From Alloascoidea hylecoeti (taxonomy: Eukaryota): a stretch of 64,000 nt of DNA. The notes under the pieces are model-generated. The model saw only the letters and a program-made list of their open reading frames with translations. It did no database searches and had not been told where the DNA came from. Position numbers and translations under genes: made by a program. The DNA lies in NCBI GenBank assembly GCA_001600815.1, contig BCKZ01000005.1:195532-259531 (forward strand), written 5' to 3'. Positions 43,414-57,279 of the stretch are shown here, piece after piece; position 1 is the stretch's first letter, and every line of letters begins with the position of its first letter.

Positions 43414-44990
43414 TTAGTTACAGTCTGAAGGTATTGAGCTTACCTCTGAGGCTTTCATTTTCAACTGTAACTGTAACATTTGTATCTTCTTTTGAAGCTC
43501 CTCAACCTCCGGATCTGAAGTCTTAGAAATATCATCGGTAGCTGATGTAAGACTCTTTAATAGGAGAGGATCCATATCTCTATATATTTATTTGTTAGTA
43601 TATTCCTTAACAAAACATCAAGCATATAATATATGAAGTTGGAATTGACGATAAACATACACATTCTTAAATTTCATGTTATAATTATTTTTCAAAGTTT
43701 CTGCACGATATTTCTCATATATGATAGTGTCAGTAATGTCTCTGAACTCATAAAGATGGGAACCAAATAAAATAGTTTTCAATGCAACAAAATCAGAATA
43801 GCGTGTATCATCAACTATAATTGAGTATTAACAGTAGGGTTAGAAACAGATTTGTTTGATATTTCAAAAGTATTTATATTAAATACAATAAAAATTAATT
43901 CAAACCTTTTACTATTCCCCATGGATATTTTCTACCTCTGATAAGCTGTCCATTTTCTTCACAAAATTCGTTGCTACCAATCACTGCAAAAGGAACAAGA
44001 TCTTTTAGGGAGGTTGCATTACCTAGAATTTCTTCATATTCCTCATCAAGGTCGGAGTTAAAATCATATATTTCAATTTGATGCTTATCGATGTCTTCTC
44101 TGATTAATCTCTTGTTAAGTTTTAGTTCCTCATCTGTCAGCATATCAGCTTTTCCGATGATTGGGAGAACGTTTGCTCTTTTTGATAAAGCTTTCATTGC
44201 CTTAATATCAAGAATTCGTAGTCTTAAACAAATTAGTCTTCTCATTTCTTTAAAATAATATAATTATATATATGTGGTAATTCATACCCATTAGCATTTG
44301 CAGCAATGAAATACAGTACAACATGGACGCGATTATCCACAAACTTTGGATTTCTGTTGATTCTAGACTCTTCGTTTAAAATACTTTCAAATTGACTCTC
44401 CAGAAATTCGACAAGCTTCTGTCCGCTAGTTATTGGAATTATGTAGAGCGTCAGTAAGAGCGTCTCAGAACTGGGTATATAAGTGGTGAATAGAAATCTT
44501 ACCAGTCTGAATTGTTCACATTTTTTCCAAATTCAGGGGCTTCTACTATAGAAAGATTGATAATGGTATTTTCTTCTTCGCAAATATCTAAAGAAAATAT
44601 TAGACTCAGTGTATTTCTGGACAAGTGTTTAAAGGTCACACATACCAACTCTATGGATTTTTACTTCAACCTCCTTATCCTCATGTGCATCCAAAAAATC
44701 GGGATTTGGCTTCTGGGTATCGAAAACGGATTTATCACAAAGAGTATTAATAAAAGTAGTCTTTCCAGTTCCAGGTTGCCCACAAATAAAGATACACAAA
44801 TTATGGGCCCTTTTCACCATTTTTCTTCTCCTTAACTCTTCATGTGATCTTCTCTGTTTGTTTTTCCAATTTAATTTGTTAGCGCCCATAATCGATATCA
44901 CTTCATTCTACCAACATAATTACATACATAAGTATTCGCTAAGGATTGAGCCTTGACAGTTGTTTTTTCAATTGTAATTGCTTGGGACAT
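43414..44990 (-). CDS. Cdc11/Spr28-subgroup septin, probably the sporulation paralog; 7 exons
   Basis: Exons 44990-44928, 44853-44646, 44587-44503, 44425-44288, 44222-43906, 43814-43661 and 43579-43414 join in frame. Motifs: polybasic RRRKMVKRA, G1 GQPGTGKTT, EESRINRNPKFVDNRVHVVLYFI, G4 IGKAD, PFAVIGS, RGRKYPWG, SDFVALK, YEKYRAETL and a short coiled coil. Confidence 0.9.
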
Positions 44991-46964
44991 GTTGTATAAT
45001 TTAATAAGAAACTAAACGCAAATATAGTTTTTAAAAATACTAATGATGAATTAAATTCAGAATATGGTATGAAGGGGAAACAGAAATATTTATACGAAGA
45101 AGGTTTAGTTTTAGCGCTGACTTGCATGATAAAATAAAATGTTCGGTACCATGATAAAAATTACTTGGTATAAGTTATACACTTTTACTTCGGTAGAGTA
45201 CACACTAAATATCCGTTATTATTATTCGCAAATATTTATACTTTGTCAGCAGGTTATAACAATATCAATAATCAGAGTAATTAATATTCGAGATACCTGA
45301 GAATGTACTCCGATGAAGGGGGGAAGAGTGTTCAAAACAAGGTCTAGGTAGGGTCTAGGAAGGGTCCTCCAGCACATGTTAGAAAAGATATACGGTACCT
45401 GGTATATCTGCCAAAGATTTTTTGGTTTTCTGTTCATCTTTTTTTGTAAAGTCTCATGTCTCTATATTATCAGAATATATCTACAAACGTTTCTCTATGT
45501 TACCCCAAAAGTATATCATATTTACTAAAAATAGTGTGTTATAGCTATAATATGGATGACATTAATGACAAAAAACGAGATCATGAAACATTACAGAGTG
45601 AACAATTGACACGTAGATAGATCTACATATTGTGATTTAAACGTTAACTGTTGATTGATATGAACAATATACATGTATTAACTATCAAGGTTAATCAAAC
45701 CATATGTGGCTATAGATGGTACTATTGCATATCGGCTGTAGCTATAAGGCTATAATCGGTTATAATTATACAATAAGTATAAAATTGAATTGCTGCAAAT
45801 ATACAGCAAATTTATAACTTAATTATCAACCTTAGGCTGTCTACCTCAAGATCTTCATTTTATAATTATAGTCATGAAATACAAATTAGTTTTTAACTAA
45901 GCAATTAATTGCAATATATATTCTAATATCAATTAAGTTTATGCTTGCATTGCTTGGTATTTTTTTCTTTTTATAATTTCATAATTAAAATAGCACAACT
46001 TCTATTTATATTATGTTAATCGTTACATGTAAAACTGTCACAACTTATAAATGAAATGATCTAGACAGCTCTTGTTTATGACTGACTATAAATATACTTC
46101 TGAAACATAGCTTTTAGCTTATATTATAAGGTTCCTTCATTTGATTGTTTTAAAAAATGATTCCACAAATCTTAAATTAATCATGATCGATCAAATACAA
46201 AATACGAAGTCTAGATACAGTTACTAACTTACTATAGCGATTAGAATATATGATAAACGTGAAAATTTTATATTTCATTTTCATTTATTTACTTATATAA
46301 GTTATATCAAGTTGTTTTTGATACAATACAATATCATTATATTGCATAATTAAGTAAGTAGTGTATGGTATTGGTATTTTGTTAATATTAATAGTAACAA
46401 ATTTGAGATAAAGAGAAAAATCCACAGGTTGAGACAATGGGAACAAAAGCAAATCAAAGCGCAAGAGAAAAAAAAAATTGTATTTAAACAGAGCAATATG
46501 AATTTTAAAAAGAATAAGTGGTAAAGAAGAGCTTTTTTTGTAAGACTATCGTGTTATAAAAGAATACTCTTAGAAGTAAAAAGTACATTGAAGAATAAAT
46601 AATTGAAATGAAATAAGGCAATTGCAAAAAATATAAAATAAAATAAAAATAAAGATAAAGATACAAAAGCAATCAATTGAAAGGCCATGGGTGTGTATAA
46701 ACCAGAAAAAGATAAACAGCGTTCCAACGGTTGAATAAGCAAATGACAAGAGTAGGATAAAGACAGATACAATAAATTATACCAGTTAAACTCATGAGAT
46801 AGTAAAATCAACAGTATAAATTATAAAAAAGGAATAATAATCATTCATAACCTATATCTCTGAAAGATACTTTAATCGTGTATATATATATGGTATTTTA
46901 ACCAGATTGATATTGATGACAAAAATTGTAAAAATAGATAAAGAAACTGTAGTTGATTTTATAT

Positions 46965-48697
46965 TCATACATTTCCAACAAGCGCCATCCATTCTTGAAC
47001 AAAAGTTGAAGCTCTTCTAAATCTTCGTTCTTGATATTTTTCAAAAATGGCTTTATGATGAGTTTCTGGATCCCGACATGACTCTAGCATTGACTTCGCA
47101 AGAGGTTGTAATTGTTTAGCAGTATATCCTGAATAGTATACATGGGCAGGAGTCCAATCACCTCTACCAAGCATTTTCCTTGATAATAGATGTGCAGCAG
47201 CTGCCAACCAACTTGGAGGAGCAGCAACATATTTTGGGTCCATAATTGTAATTTCCAAAAAATATTTCGCTAAACTTCTTGTTTCTAAATCATAATCATC
47301 AGCTTTGCTTGTTCTTCTTAAAAATGACATTGGACCAGGCCAACACATTTCAAAATCAAGAATATCAATCATAAATCTTTCAGCGTGTAATAATTCATCT
47401 ATTGTATAAGCATGATCTACCATAAAAGCGATTTCTTCAATTGATGGACAATTGATCTCTTCTACCTTAGCAGCTGTAAATAAAGCAACGGCACCAACAA
47501 GTTGAAATTTGCTTAAAGAAACCCTCCTTTTTGATAAAAATCTGTCAACATAGTTTATAGCTAAGAATAAAGTTTCAGGTAATAGATTAAATCTTAAATG
47601 TACTTGAACCAACCAATCCACTAAAATTGATCTCATTTCCCATTCTAATTCATCCTGTTTATCCATGTATAAAGGATCAGGCCTCATTTTTTCTTCCAAT
47701 TGTCTCATATAAGAGAAAATCTCTTCACTATATTCGGCTACCATGGCAACGTCGAAAGTATCTTCATCATCTTCATCCAAAACACCATCTTCTCTGTAAA
47801 ATTGTCGAGTAACAGCTGCTAACTCTGAAATATCATCTTCTGTGATAGCTGGATAGCTGAACTCTAATCTTTCGTCATCATTACTGTCAACATCAGTTTC
47901 GACTTCTGTGTCGTTAGGGTTTGTCAATTCTGTTTTGCTGTTTTTCTCTTCAACCTCGGATTCTGATTCAGGTTTAGGTTCAGGTTCAGGTTCGGATTCT
48001 GTCTCTGGTTCAGACTCCTGTGATGTTACATTAACATTGTCTACTTCATTCTCTTTTTCTATAACAGAAAACCTATATGATTGTTGTTCAATGTAAACAG
48101 CATCTCCAATATCTCTAGTTTTTCTTACTCTTTGAGCTTTTCCTAATTTCCTTCGGGATGCAGAATTAGATTTTTCAGTTAAAGGCTTTCTAGATTTTGT
48201 GATCCTAGATTGTCTTTTACCAGCTGAGAGTGGTTCTGAATGAACCACATGTGTTTTACTTCCAGTATATTTATTATTAGAAATGTTTTCTTTATTACCC
48301 TCGGGTTGAACATAAACCTGAATTCTTTCAGGTTTCCCTATCCCTTTCCCTCCTTTTTTAATATTTTTACTAGTATTATTATTTGTCGTGCCACTTACAT
48401 CAGCCAGGGCAACTCTTCTTGAAGCACCACCAAGACCGGAAGCTTTCTGTTTCTTTTGACGAAAAGCAGCTACTTTTTTATAAGTAGTAGTGGTAGTAGC
48501 TGTTGTTTTTGATTTTGTATAAGTTGGAACATCATTTTCATCTGTTATTTGCTGATGTCGCGGTGCACGAGTCTGTCAATATTTTCGTTAGTTCAGTAGG
48601 AAAAAAAAGCCCATGACAACAGGACAACGGGCAACCATTAATGGGACAAAGACTACGGAAATAAGGTAATGAAGGAACTCATGCTTACACTTTCCAT
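46965..48697 (-). CDS. CLB3: B-type cyclin (Clb3/Clb4-like), 2 exons
   Basis: Exon 1 48697-48689 (MES), intron GTAAGC..ACTAAC..CAG 48688-48573, exon 2 48572-46965 open in the frame of the track ORF. D-box RVALADVSG, KEN box, DEDTFDVAMVAEYSEEIF, MRSILVDWL, WPGPMSFLRRTSKADDYD. Confidence 0.9.
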
Positions 48698-51600
48698 GTT
48701 TGTGAATAATGGGAACTAGATAATAGCAAAAATTTGTATATTTGCTAAAGTTTAGATATCGAATCAATGCAATTTCTCGAATAGGATGTGAATAGGGAAC
48801 GGAGAAGACAAGAAGAAGGATCTGATTAAGGAGAATGGAAAAAAGAAGAAGAAGCCAAATAAATGACAGGCACAATAGAGACAGATTGAAAGAAAAAAGA
48901 GAAAGAAGAAAGGGATGTTGATTTGAGATTTAAGCCTAAAAACCCTGTTTGTTGTGCTTTTTCCATTTTGGGAAACAAAAGTGGAGTGCTGGGAGTTACG
49001 CTACGTGCCTGTGTTTACCTAACGCCGACCAAACCGTCCCCAGGATTCACAAGGACGCTCAAGGATTTTGGGAGAACCAAGCCCTAACAAACCATCGGAA
49101 GAAGATAGAGGAAAAAGCCTTGTTGGTCGCTCTGGAAACATCATTCCCATTAATATTCGTAATCCGGCTAATTAATGTTATGCGTTATGTATGTATATAA
49201 TGTTTCTCTTTGTGGTTTATGAAGTTCAAACGGCAGAAAACGATCTGTCCTTGCAGGCATTATTATCGATATTTAGTTATTATTTAATTTGGATGTGTTC
49301 AGAAGGTCTCAGCTTGACTAATCTTGCCTTTTCCTGTGTAATTGTACGATATCAGCCTGGCTATTATGACCATATATAACAGTAGATATGGTACTAAATA
49401 TATCTCTTGGATTTTTTCACCTTTTCCATGAACGTCTTCAACAGAAATAAAAACGTCGAAAACAAAAAATATATAAAAAGATGTACTTAAACCTGCTGAT
49501 AATTTAATCTGCCGCTATCGCGCTAATTATTATGGCTTATACGTAATTTGATCACGATATGGATTTGAATTCAACCACAACATTATATCGCCTGGTGCTT
49601 TTTTTATCGACACTTACATGGTATTCTAGTAAAACCTATAGGAAATCAACGGAAATCTCTTAGAACTTGCACTGTAGCTTGCAATTGAATTCTCAAAGTC
49701 CAAATTTCAAACAAACATGTAAATTTCGGCTCCTCTAAATATCACTAACTACCATGGATTTTAAACTCATCTCAAATGTTGATGTGTTATTGGAAGATTC
49801 TGACTTCTCTTTGTCCTTTCCTATAACTAGTTCTTAATCTTCTTAAATTTTAAACCATATCATTCAATTTCAAAACTTTATAAATGATAATTATATAATT
49901 TACTGATAATGGCTTCATAAAAGTCATAATTAAAACTCTCAATTGCTATATATTTTTATCTATCGGCCGCGGCAGCGGGTAAAATAAATTTAAAGTAATT
50001 AATATTAATAGCAATATAAGTAAATTTAAATTTCAAGTATTCTCAATGATTCAATAGTTTAATAATAATTTTTGTGGGTTTTTTTTTTTTTTGCTGTATA
50101 TGGTTCTGAATCTGTAGTAACGAAAAGGGTGTAAACAAATAACAAATAACAAACATGACTCAAATTTCGTTTCTTGGGCATTAATTTTTCACTATCATGT
50201 TAACCTTGAGGATATAAAATTTTCAGCATCAATACTAAAGTGCATACATTGAAAACAAACTTAGTTTATATTTTATCAATTACGACTTGATCATGAATTT
50301 ATAATATGGATCATAACTTGCTAGCTATGGTAATATTAATATAGTTTGTGACTCGTCCCACCGATCTCCGAACCAATATATAATCGGTCATTTGCATTGA
50401 TAAATTTCATCTATACTACTAAGCTACTAGCGCTATTAATTATTCTGATTTATTCATGAAGTTTAAGGTTCATTTTGATTCTGGATTGTCTGGGATTATA
50501 AGACTAGAAGCATGTCATTTAATTAATTACTTTCGTTAATTAGAAGTTTAGAACCTTTATTGAAAACGTAATAATTATTCCCCATAAAGTAATGTAAGCA
50601 AACAAAAAAGGTCTAAATTTTCTATCACTAGCTACAATGGTAATTTAGTGCATGCCATAGTGCTATTTATTATTTAATATAGATAAAGTCTGGAGCTATA
50701 TCACTTTATAATTAACTTAATTATACAGCATTCTGACTCTTTTTCTGAGTGCTGTATCTGCTGATATCTGATCTATTGAAATTTATTTTAGCCGTGGGGA
50801 GATTTTATTGCGTCTTTAACAACTAGTGCTGGCAGCTATATTCGATGTAATATTAATAGTTCTCCATTATTATTTTTACCAAGCTTCATCCACAGGTCAG
50901 GGGTTAAAATCAAAAATTTAAAGTTGATCAATGATAATCTTTTAAAAATAATGAATTTTCATAATTAATTAATGCATGGGTATATCCTATACCGGCTCTC
51001 AATATACACGGGCGTTAAGATATCCAACCTAATCTGCTTCCCATAACATTATTGGTTAAACAGTGTTAAAAACTACCAATATTAATCTCACAAAAACTGA
51101 AAGTATTAAGGCATGAGAAATTCAATAATAATAATTTTGTTCTAACGTTTATACAGGAAATAGAAAGATGAAATGTGCCTTAAAAAATCTTCCATTGCAG
51201 CTGTCATAATAATGTAACCAACCCTCCCTAACCTTACTATTTTTAGTATTTTTACACACTCCATTATAGGTTTAAATTGAACTAATTGTTGGAATTTACG
51301 TCTGAGAGTGGAATTTTATTTAATTGGATAGTAGCAATGGATACCCATCATACCATCTAACATAGTATTTTATACTATATTTGAAGTTCTGAACTCAAAT
51401 GTTATTTTCGATTCAGAAATATTTTGCTACGGGTATAATAATTATATTAACGAATATTATGCCCGTGGTCGGGGATGCATATAGGGAATAAATGTGTGTA
51501 TATTTTTGAAAAATTAGTTCAGATGTAATTATATATAAGGGGCTCGAGTCTGAAATTCTGAATTATAAGGCGATGAATTTAGATTCTGTTGTTGATGGTG

Positions 51601-52353
51601 GTACTTGATAGCAAGCACTAGTACTTTGATACCCTTTAATATAATGATCATGATGCTGCTTAATTAACCTCTGTTACGTTTCAATTAAGTGCAATTAATA
51701 TTTCATATGATCATTTAAAAAAAGATATTAGAAAGAATATATAATTATAGTAATGTTTTTCCGATACAAATTTAATAGATAGCTAAGCTTTATAGATAGC
51801 TATAGTTGTCAGTTGATAGTTAAGTTTGCTTCAATTCTTCGTATTCTTACACAAATATCAATCATCGACTCGGTCATAATTATCCACGATCATATGCAAT
51901 TCCAATTGTAATCCCTTTAAATATATTCAATAGCTTAAAACAAGTTAATATTATTATAAATTTATTGAATTTATTCACTTCCAACTTATTTACTTTCGTA
52001 ATTAAATTGTACAGGTATATATATCGGCTTATTTTCATCATCCGTAAATATAAAAGGAAACAAAATAACTGTAAAGCCTGGTTTATATTGGTATATATAG
52101 CTTAATACATGACTCAATTGAAAATTCAAAATATTATATAGAAGTTAAACAGGATATCAGATGGTTTTATAATTTTATCAGCTGCATTCTAAATATGACT
52201 TTTCACATCACGTATAGGGTTGCAATTGTACACAATAATCAAACTTTTATTTCTCTTTCTTTCTATAGATACTTTTATTTTTACCTTAAGCCTATTCACC
52301 GGTACCACCTCTTCAAAAGTTCATCATTTTATCATTTGAATTATAATTAATAT

Positions 52354-54444
52354 ATGGTAGAAATTAATAATAGAACTACTGAAGGTTCGTCACCGATATT
52401 ATCGGTCTATAATAAAGACGCAGAAGCTGCAAATGATATTAATAATGCGCCCTGCAGCAAAACTGAAGGTCTATCAACAATTACAATGACGAAGAAAGAT
52501 TTATGTGAATCATCACTAAAAATAGATACACCTTCAACGGACGATGGTAAACATCATTCTGATAATGATAATAAATTTAAAAATACAAGTATAGCTGTAG
52601 TTGTTAACAAGCAAGTAAGAAAAGGAACTGATATTGATACCAATGAATTAGGTATTGATGGATTAATATCACCATCAAAATATCCACTTAAGTCTGCTTT
52701 AAAATCACACACCATAACCACAAGAACTATCTCAAGCTCTAGTCTTTTGAGGTAAGTCAGTAATAATATAAGCGAAATAGCTTTTTTCTTATATAAATAA
52801 TATTCTAATAATCATCTAACATCATTCTTCATAGAAAAAGCAAAGAAGATAGTCACAATTTTGATCACAGTCATAATCAACATAATAATATTACTAAATA
52901 TGAATACAAAAAAGGTGTTTCATTTGATACATTAAATATCAAAAGGAAAGCTGAAACATTTTCCTTAGTATTAAGGGAAAAACATAAAGATTTCGTATAC
53001 TCAAATTCTTCAAGAACATTCTTAATTGGGATAGATGATACTTTGTATTCTTTGGATGCATTACAATGGCTTCTTGATGAATTTGTAAATGATGGTGATG
53101 AAGTGGTTTGTATACATGCTATTAAATCAAGTAAGTATATCTGCTTTTTTTATTTTCTAAATCTTAATTTCATATTGCACGATCTAAGCTAAAAATATAA
53201 AGTTGGGCTTATCACAATTAAAGAACTAAGATATTGAGATAGTTTTGATTAGATATTCTTGATACAGATACTAATTTATTCATCAGGGATAAATATTACA
53301 AATATGAATGCTTATAAAGAGCTCGAGCCAGTTTATAGAAATATGGCTTCTAAGATACTCAAAGAGATTTTAGCAATCAATAAAGACAATAAAAAGGTAA
53401 GCATAAAAATACATATATTAACAAACTAACTTTTTCTAACCATCTTTAATCATATAATAGATATCCGTTGTTCTAGAATTGACAATAGGAAGCCTCAGAA
53501 AATTATTTAAGAAATATGTATGTAGTTTTATAAGTTTGCAAACCAAGTGGGTTTCCTTTTACACTCTTATCTTGGAGCCTAAACAGAATGTATACCTATA
53601 GGTAAGAACCTAATAGGAGTTGCTCAAAAGAAAATAAGTGCTCATTGAAAGTGAACTAACGTCGACTGAAAATGATATGTATCATTAGACAAATTTATAC
53701 AATGCCTCGATTATTGTTGTTGGTACTAAAAGTGGTGGTTGTTTAAAGAAGGTCTTCTCACGATCATTATCAAGGTGAGTTGCTTTTTTTGGAATGATAT
53801 ATTACTATTGTTCATGATTATGACTAGGATTCCATTAAATAAATTACAATTGCTAATATTTTTTTATATAATATTTTAGATATTGCGTTCAAAATGCTAG
53901 AATTCCAGTTATTGTTGTTGATGATTTTAACAATCGTTATAAAAAAAAATCAAAAAGAATTTCAGATCCGAAAAGGCAATCATTTCTTAAATTCCTTTGT
54001 AATCATGAAAAAAATGATGATCAAAAGAAGAATACCCTTTTGGAGAATACATATGATAATTCAATTAGTACGATGACCAATAATGATAATCTCAATAGCA
54101 ATTGCAATATTCCAGCCGATACTAAAACTTTACCAAAGCCCTCTTCATCGATTACAATAATAAAAGATAAATATGCAAATACAGATACTATAGGGAAAAT
54201 AGATCTTGATTTTAATGAATTATTATTTAAGCTAAACGGTCGTGGATCCGATTCCAAACCTGACCATAATGAAGCAATTGATACTAAGAAAAGCATTAGT
54301 AGTCTACTTTCTAGATCTTTGGATTTAGATGAAAATTCTAGAGGCAGAGGGGCTCACATATTTAAAGATATTAATGAAAATCATCCAGCAAGATCTTTGT
54401 CTCCTCTAATTAAAGAATTTGAGGAATTCGTAACTTGCAATTAA
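52354..54444 (+). CDS. Fungal universal stress protein (USP) domain protein, 6 exons
   Basis: Exons 52354-52751, 52835-53130, 53287-53396, 53461-53517, 53689-53774 and 53880-54444 join in frame. They give GVSFDT..FSLVLREKHKDF..SRTFLIGIDD..SLDALQWLLDEFVNDGDEVVC, ISVVLELTIG, IIVVGTKS and SLSRYCVQNARIPVIVV. Confidence 0.88.
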
Positions 54445-54894
54445 TCGATTACCCCTATATTCACAGTTACATGATTATAATATTGATAAAATAATATAAA
54501 GGATTTTAAGGATATATATCCAAAATATAATATGTTAGATATCAATAAATTTATATCTTAATGCTGAGTCCGAAGGAAAGACTTTTGTTTACTCTTCGAT
54601 TTATATGATGATATATCATACTTGACTGTAACAAGGTTCGCTAAATATAAAGATTCCAAGAATTGTTATTTCTGGAGTACCTTTTGATGGAATGATCACA
54701 TCACATCTATGGATAAGATTAGAATATGTTAGGGTGACATCAAAAACCACAAAAGGAAACGAGACAAAACTATTGGGTCGTAAGTAAAATTAATGGGATA
54801 TATAGGCTCTATGAGAAAGTATTAAAGGAAAAAGATTTTAATTGTTTTGTTTTTATTTTTATAACTTATATTGTGTTAATATAATTGACTTAAT

Positions 54895-54998
54895 TTGTTA
54901 TAGTTTTGTTATAGTTTTGTTATAGTTTTGTTATAGTTTTGTTATAGTTTTGTTATAGTTTTGTTATAATTTTGTTATAGTTTTGTCATAGTTTTGTC
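54895..54998. repeat. 11-bp minisatellite (TTGTTATAGTT) x ~9
   Basis: Seen directly; the last copies are slightly degenerate. Confidence 0.92.
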
Positions 54999-55336
54999 TC
55001 TTATTTCTATTACCACATATGGATCTTGATGCTTCTTTAATCTCCATCTCTTATAAATAAATAAGTAACTAACTTTGTTATTTACCATGTGTATGTAAAG
55101 TTAAACAAATTACACATATTATAGTCTAATGCTCGAATTAACACTCATCGCAGATTACTATTTGATTCTGTATTTTGTTTGGCATGATACTTAGTTATAT
55201 TACTTTAAATTCTACTTAAACTTTTTATTGATTAATATTATTCTATTCTTTCTCACCTATAAGCTTGATTCATTATTTGTATGCTTATAATTACCCTAGC
55301 TAGGCATAATAGTTAATGAGTTACGGTATATTAATT

Positions 55337-56646
55337 TCACATCCCATAGCAATATTTTCCATTATATTCCCAGATTGAAGATTGTCTTCCATCTTGTCCA
55401 GATTTCCATTTTCTTAAAGCTGATAAACTTTCATTTTTCAGTCCAGTCTCAAATCCAAACTTTCCAAATTCCTTTTGGTAAAGAAACATATGATTCATCA
55501 CCACCATAAGGCAAATCCCCTCGCCATATTGATGTTGATTCAAGATTGAATTTTTGAGCTTCGGATAATGCAGCATACACTAATTTACAGATATATTGTT
55601 TAGAATCTTCGATATTTGTAATATTTGAGAAGAGTCGTATTATGAATAATTTTCTTTTAATAAAGTCATGAAACCATATAATAAAAGTTTTATCTCTCTT
55701 GTTATCATGGATAATCTCAGCACCATGATAAGTTGTCTTCTGATGATCTACTGTGAGAATAGTACTATAATATTCAGACCTAGAATGGAAGAAATCAAAT
55801 GTTTCAGCTGTTGGTAGAATAGCTACCCTTGGTATGTTGTCTTTTTGGGACTTCTTCAACATCATAGATTGTAAATATTCAATATCTAAATTAGCATATT
55901 CATTAAAGGCATGGCGAGGTAGTAATTTGATAGAACTATCTAATTTTATGTGTTCAGTTTTAATAGGAGTTTTTATTTCCGTAATAATTGATATCACTAA
56001 CAAATCCAAATTGAGCATAAAATTGTCCAACTATTGAATATAAGGTTTGAAAGCTATACTTTGATATACCTGGACTCATATTATCATATTCTTCCATCTT
56101 ATGATAATCAAGACAATCTGTTAGCGCTTTTAACATTGAAATTCCAAGGCCTTTTTCTCTATACTCAGGAAGAATATAAACATTTCCAATCAAATGAGTA
56201 GGAACTTTTACAAGTTCAACGACACCATCAGACTTAATGATTGTACGAAATCCTGGTCTAAGACACGATTCACAACTCCCAATAATCTGACTGCATTGAG
56301 CCTTTGCTTTTTCAACTAGTGAACTCATATCATCAGAAGCAGATGCTACTATCTTAAGAGCAGTATCTTCAATGATTTCAAGTACATCTGAATCAAGATT
56401 TGAATTTATTCCCAGAGGAATTTCAGTATCATAAAAAACCCAAAAAGTGTTGCCTTTCTTAATCATTTCACTGTCACCAACTACATGTTCTCGTCTCACA
56501 TATTCTGCTAGTGTTAAGTCAGATCTCCATAAAACACCATTAGAAGCATGACAATAATCTCTAATTATAGGATGGTGAGCTGGCGAAAGAACAAGAGAGG
56601 TTCCTTTAACTGGATATTTCTTATGAGCTAAAGGAATTGTAGACAT
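55337..56646 (-). pseudogene. LYC1-like GNAT copy 3, split by two frameshifts
   Basis: Close paralog of 9461-10774, broken across three track ORFs with frameshifts near 55985 and 55480. Confidence 0.8.
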
Positions 56647-57279
56647 CTTATTATCCATCAAACAAATGGCTCATATAAATTAAGGGCTATACCAATATAT
56701 TGATAAATGTCTAGTACACCTTTCATATTAATCCACGTGGACTAATATTAGTATATTATGTGGCCGAATATTTATTCCTCCAAGTGGTCGAAATTAAATG
56801 AAATGATTGTATTTGCTTAAATCTTAAATATAGGCCCCATAGTTTGCTGATTAAATAACCGCTTAAATAGCTAATCAATTCTCAGAACATTAATTAAGCT
56901 TAACATTTTCTGACCACATAGTTACAAATAGTAGGTGTGAACATGTGTAATCACTTTCTACTTAATCCTTAAGAAGGTAATTAGCCTCAACTAGAAACAC
57001 ATTAATCGCTATAAAAAAAAAAACACACTTATTTCCTTAGCATTCTGCTTTGAAAATCGAGAAGATCCTCTGCAACTAATTTTAATTTAAACGCTTTTAT
57101 TACTTTTTTTTATTTTAGTGGCATAGATGTATACATATTATATTACTCCTTAAGCTTTTTATATTTTAGAATAAGAAATCCACTAAATTGGACTGAACCC
57201 ATTAATATTCTCCCCCATTTACTTAATATTAGATCATAATTATTAATAGATATAGATATTTGTAATTGTTATATTTTTT

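Noticed and set aside
48700..52350. 3.6-kb gene-free region as a centromere or ncRNA locus
   Set aside because: No CDE-like elements, inverted repeats or recognisable RNA; compatible with two long divergent promoters.
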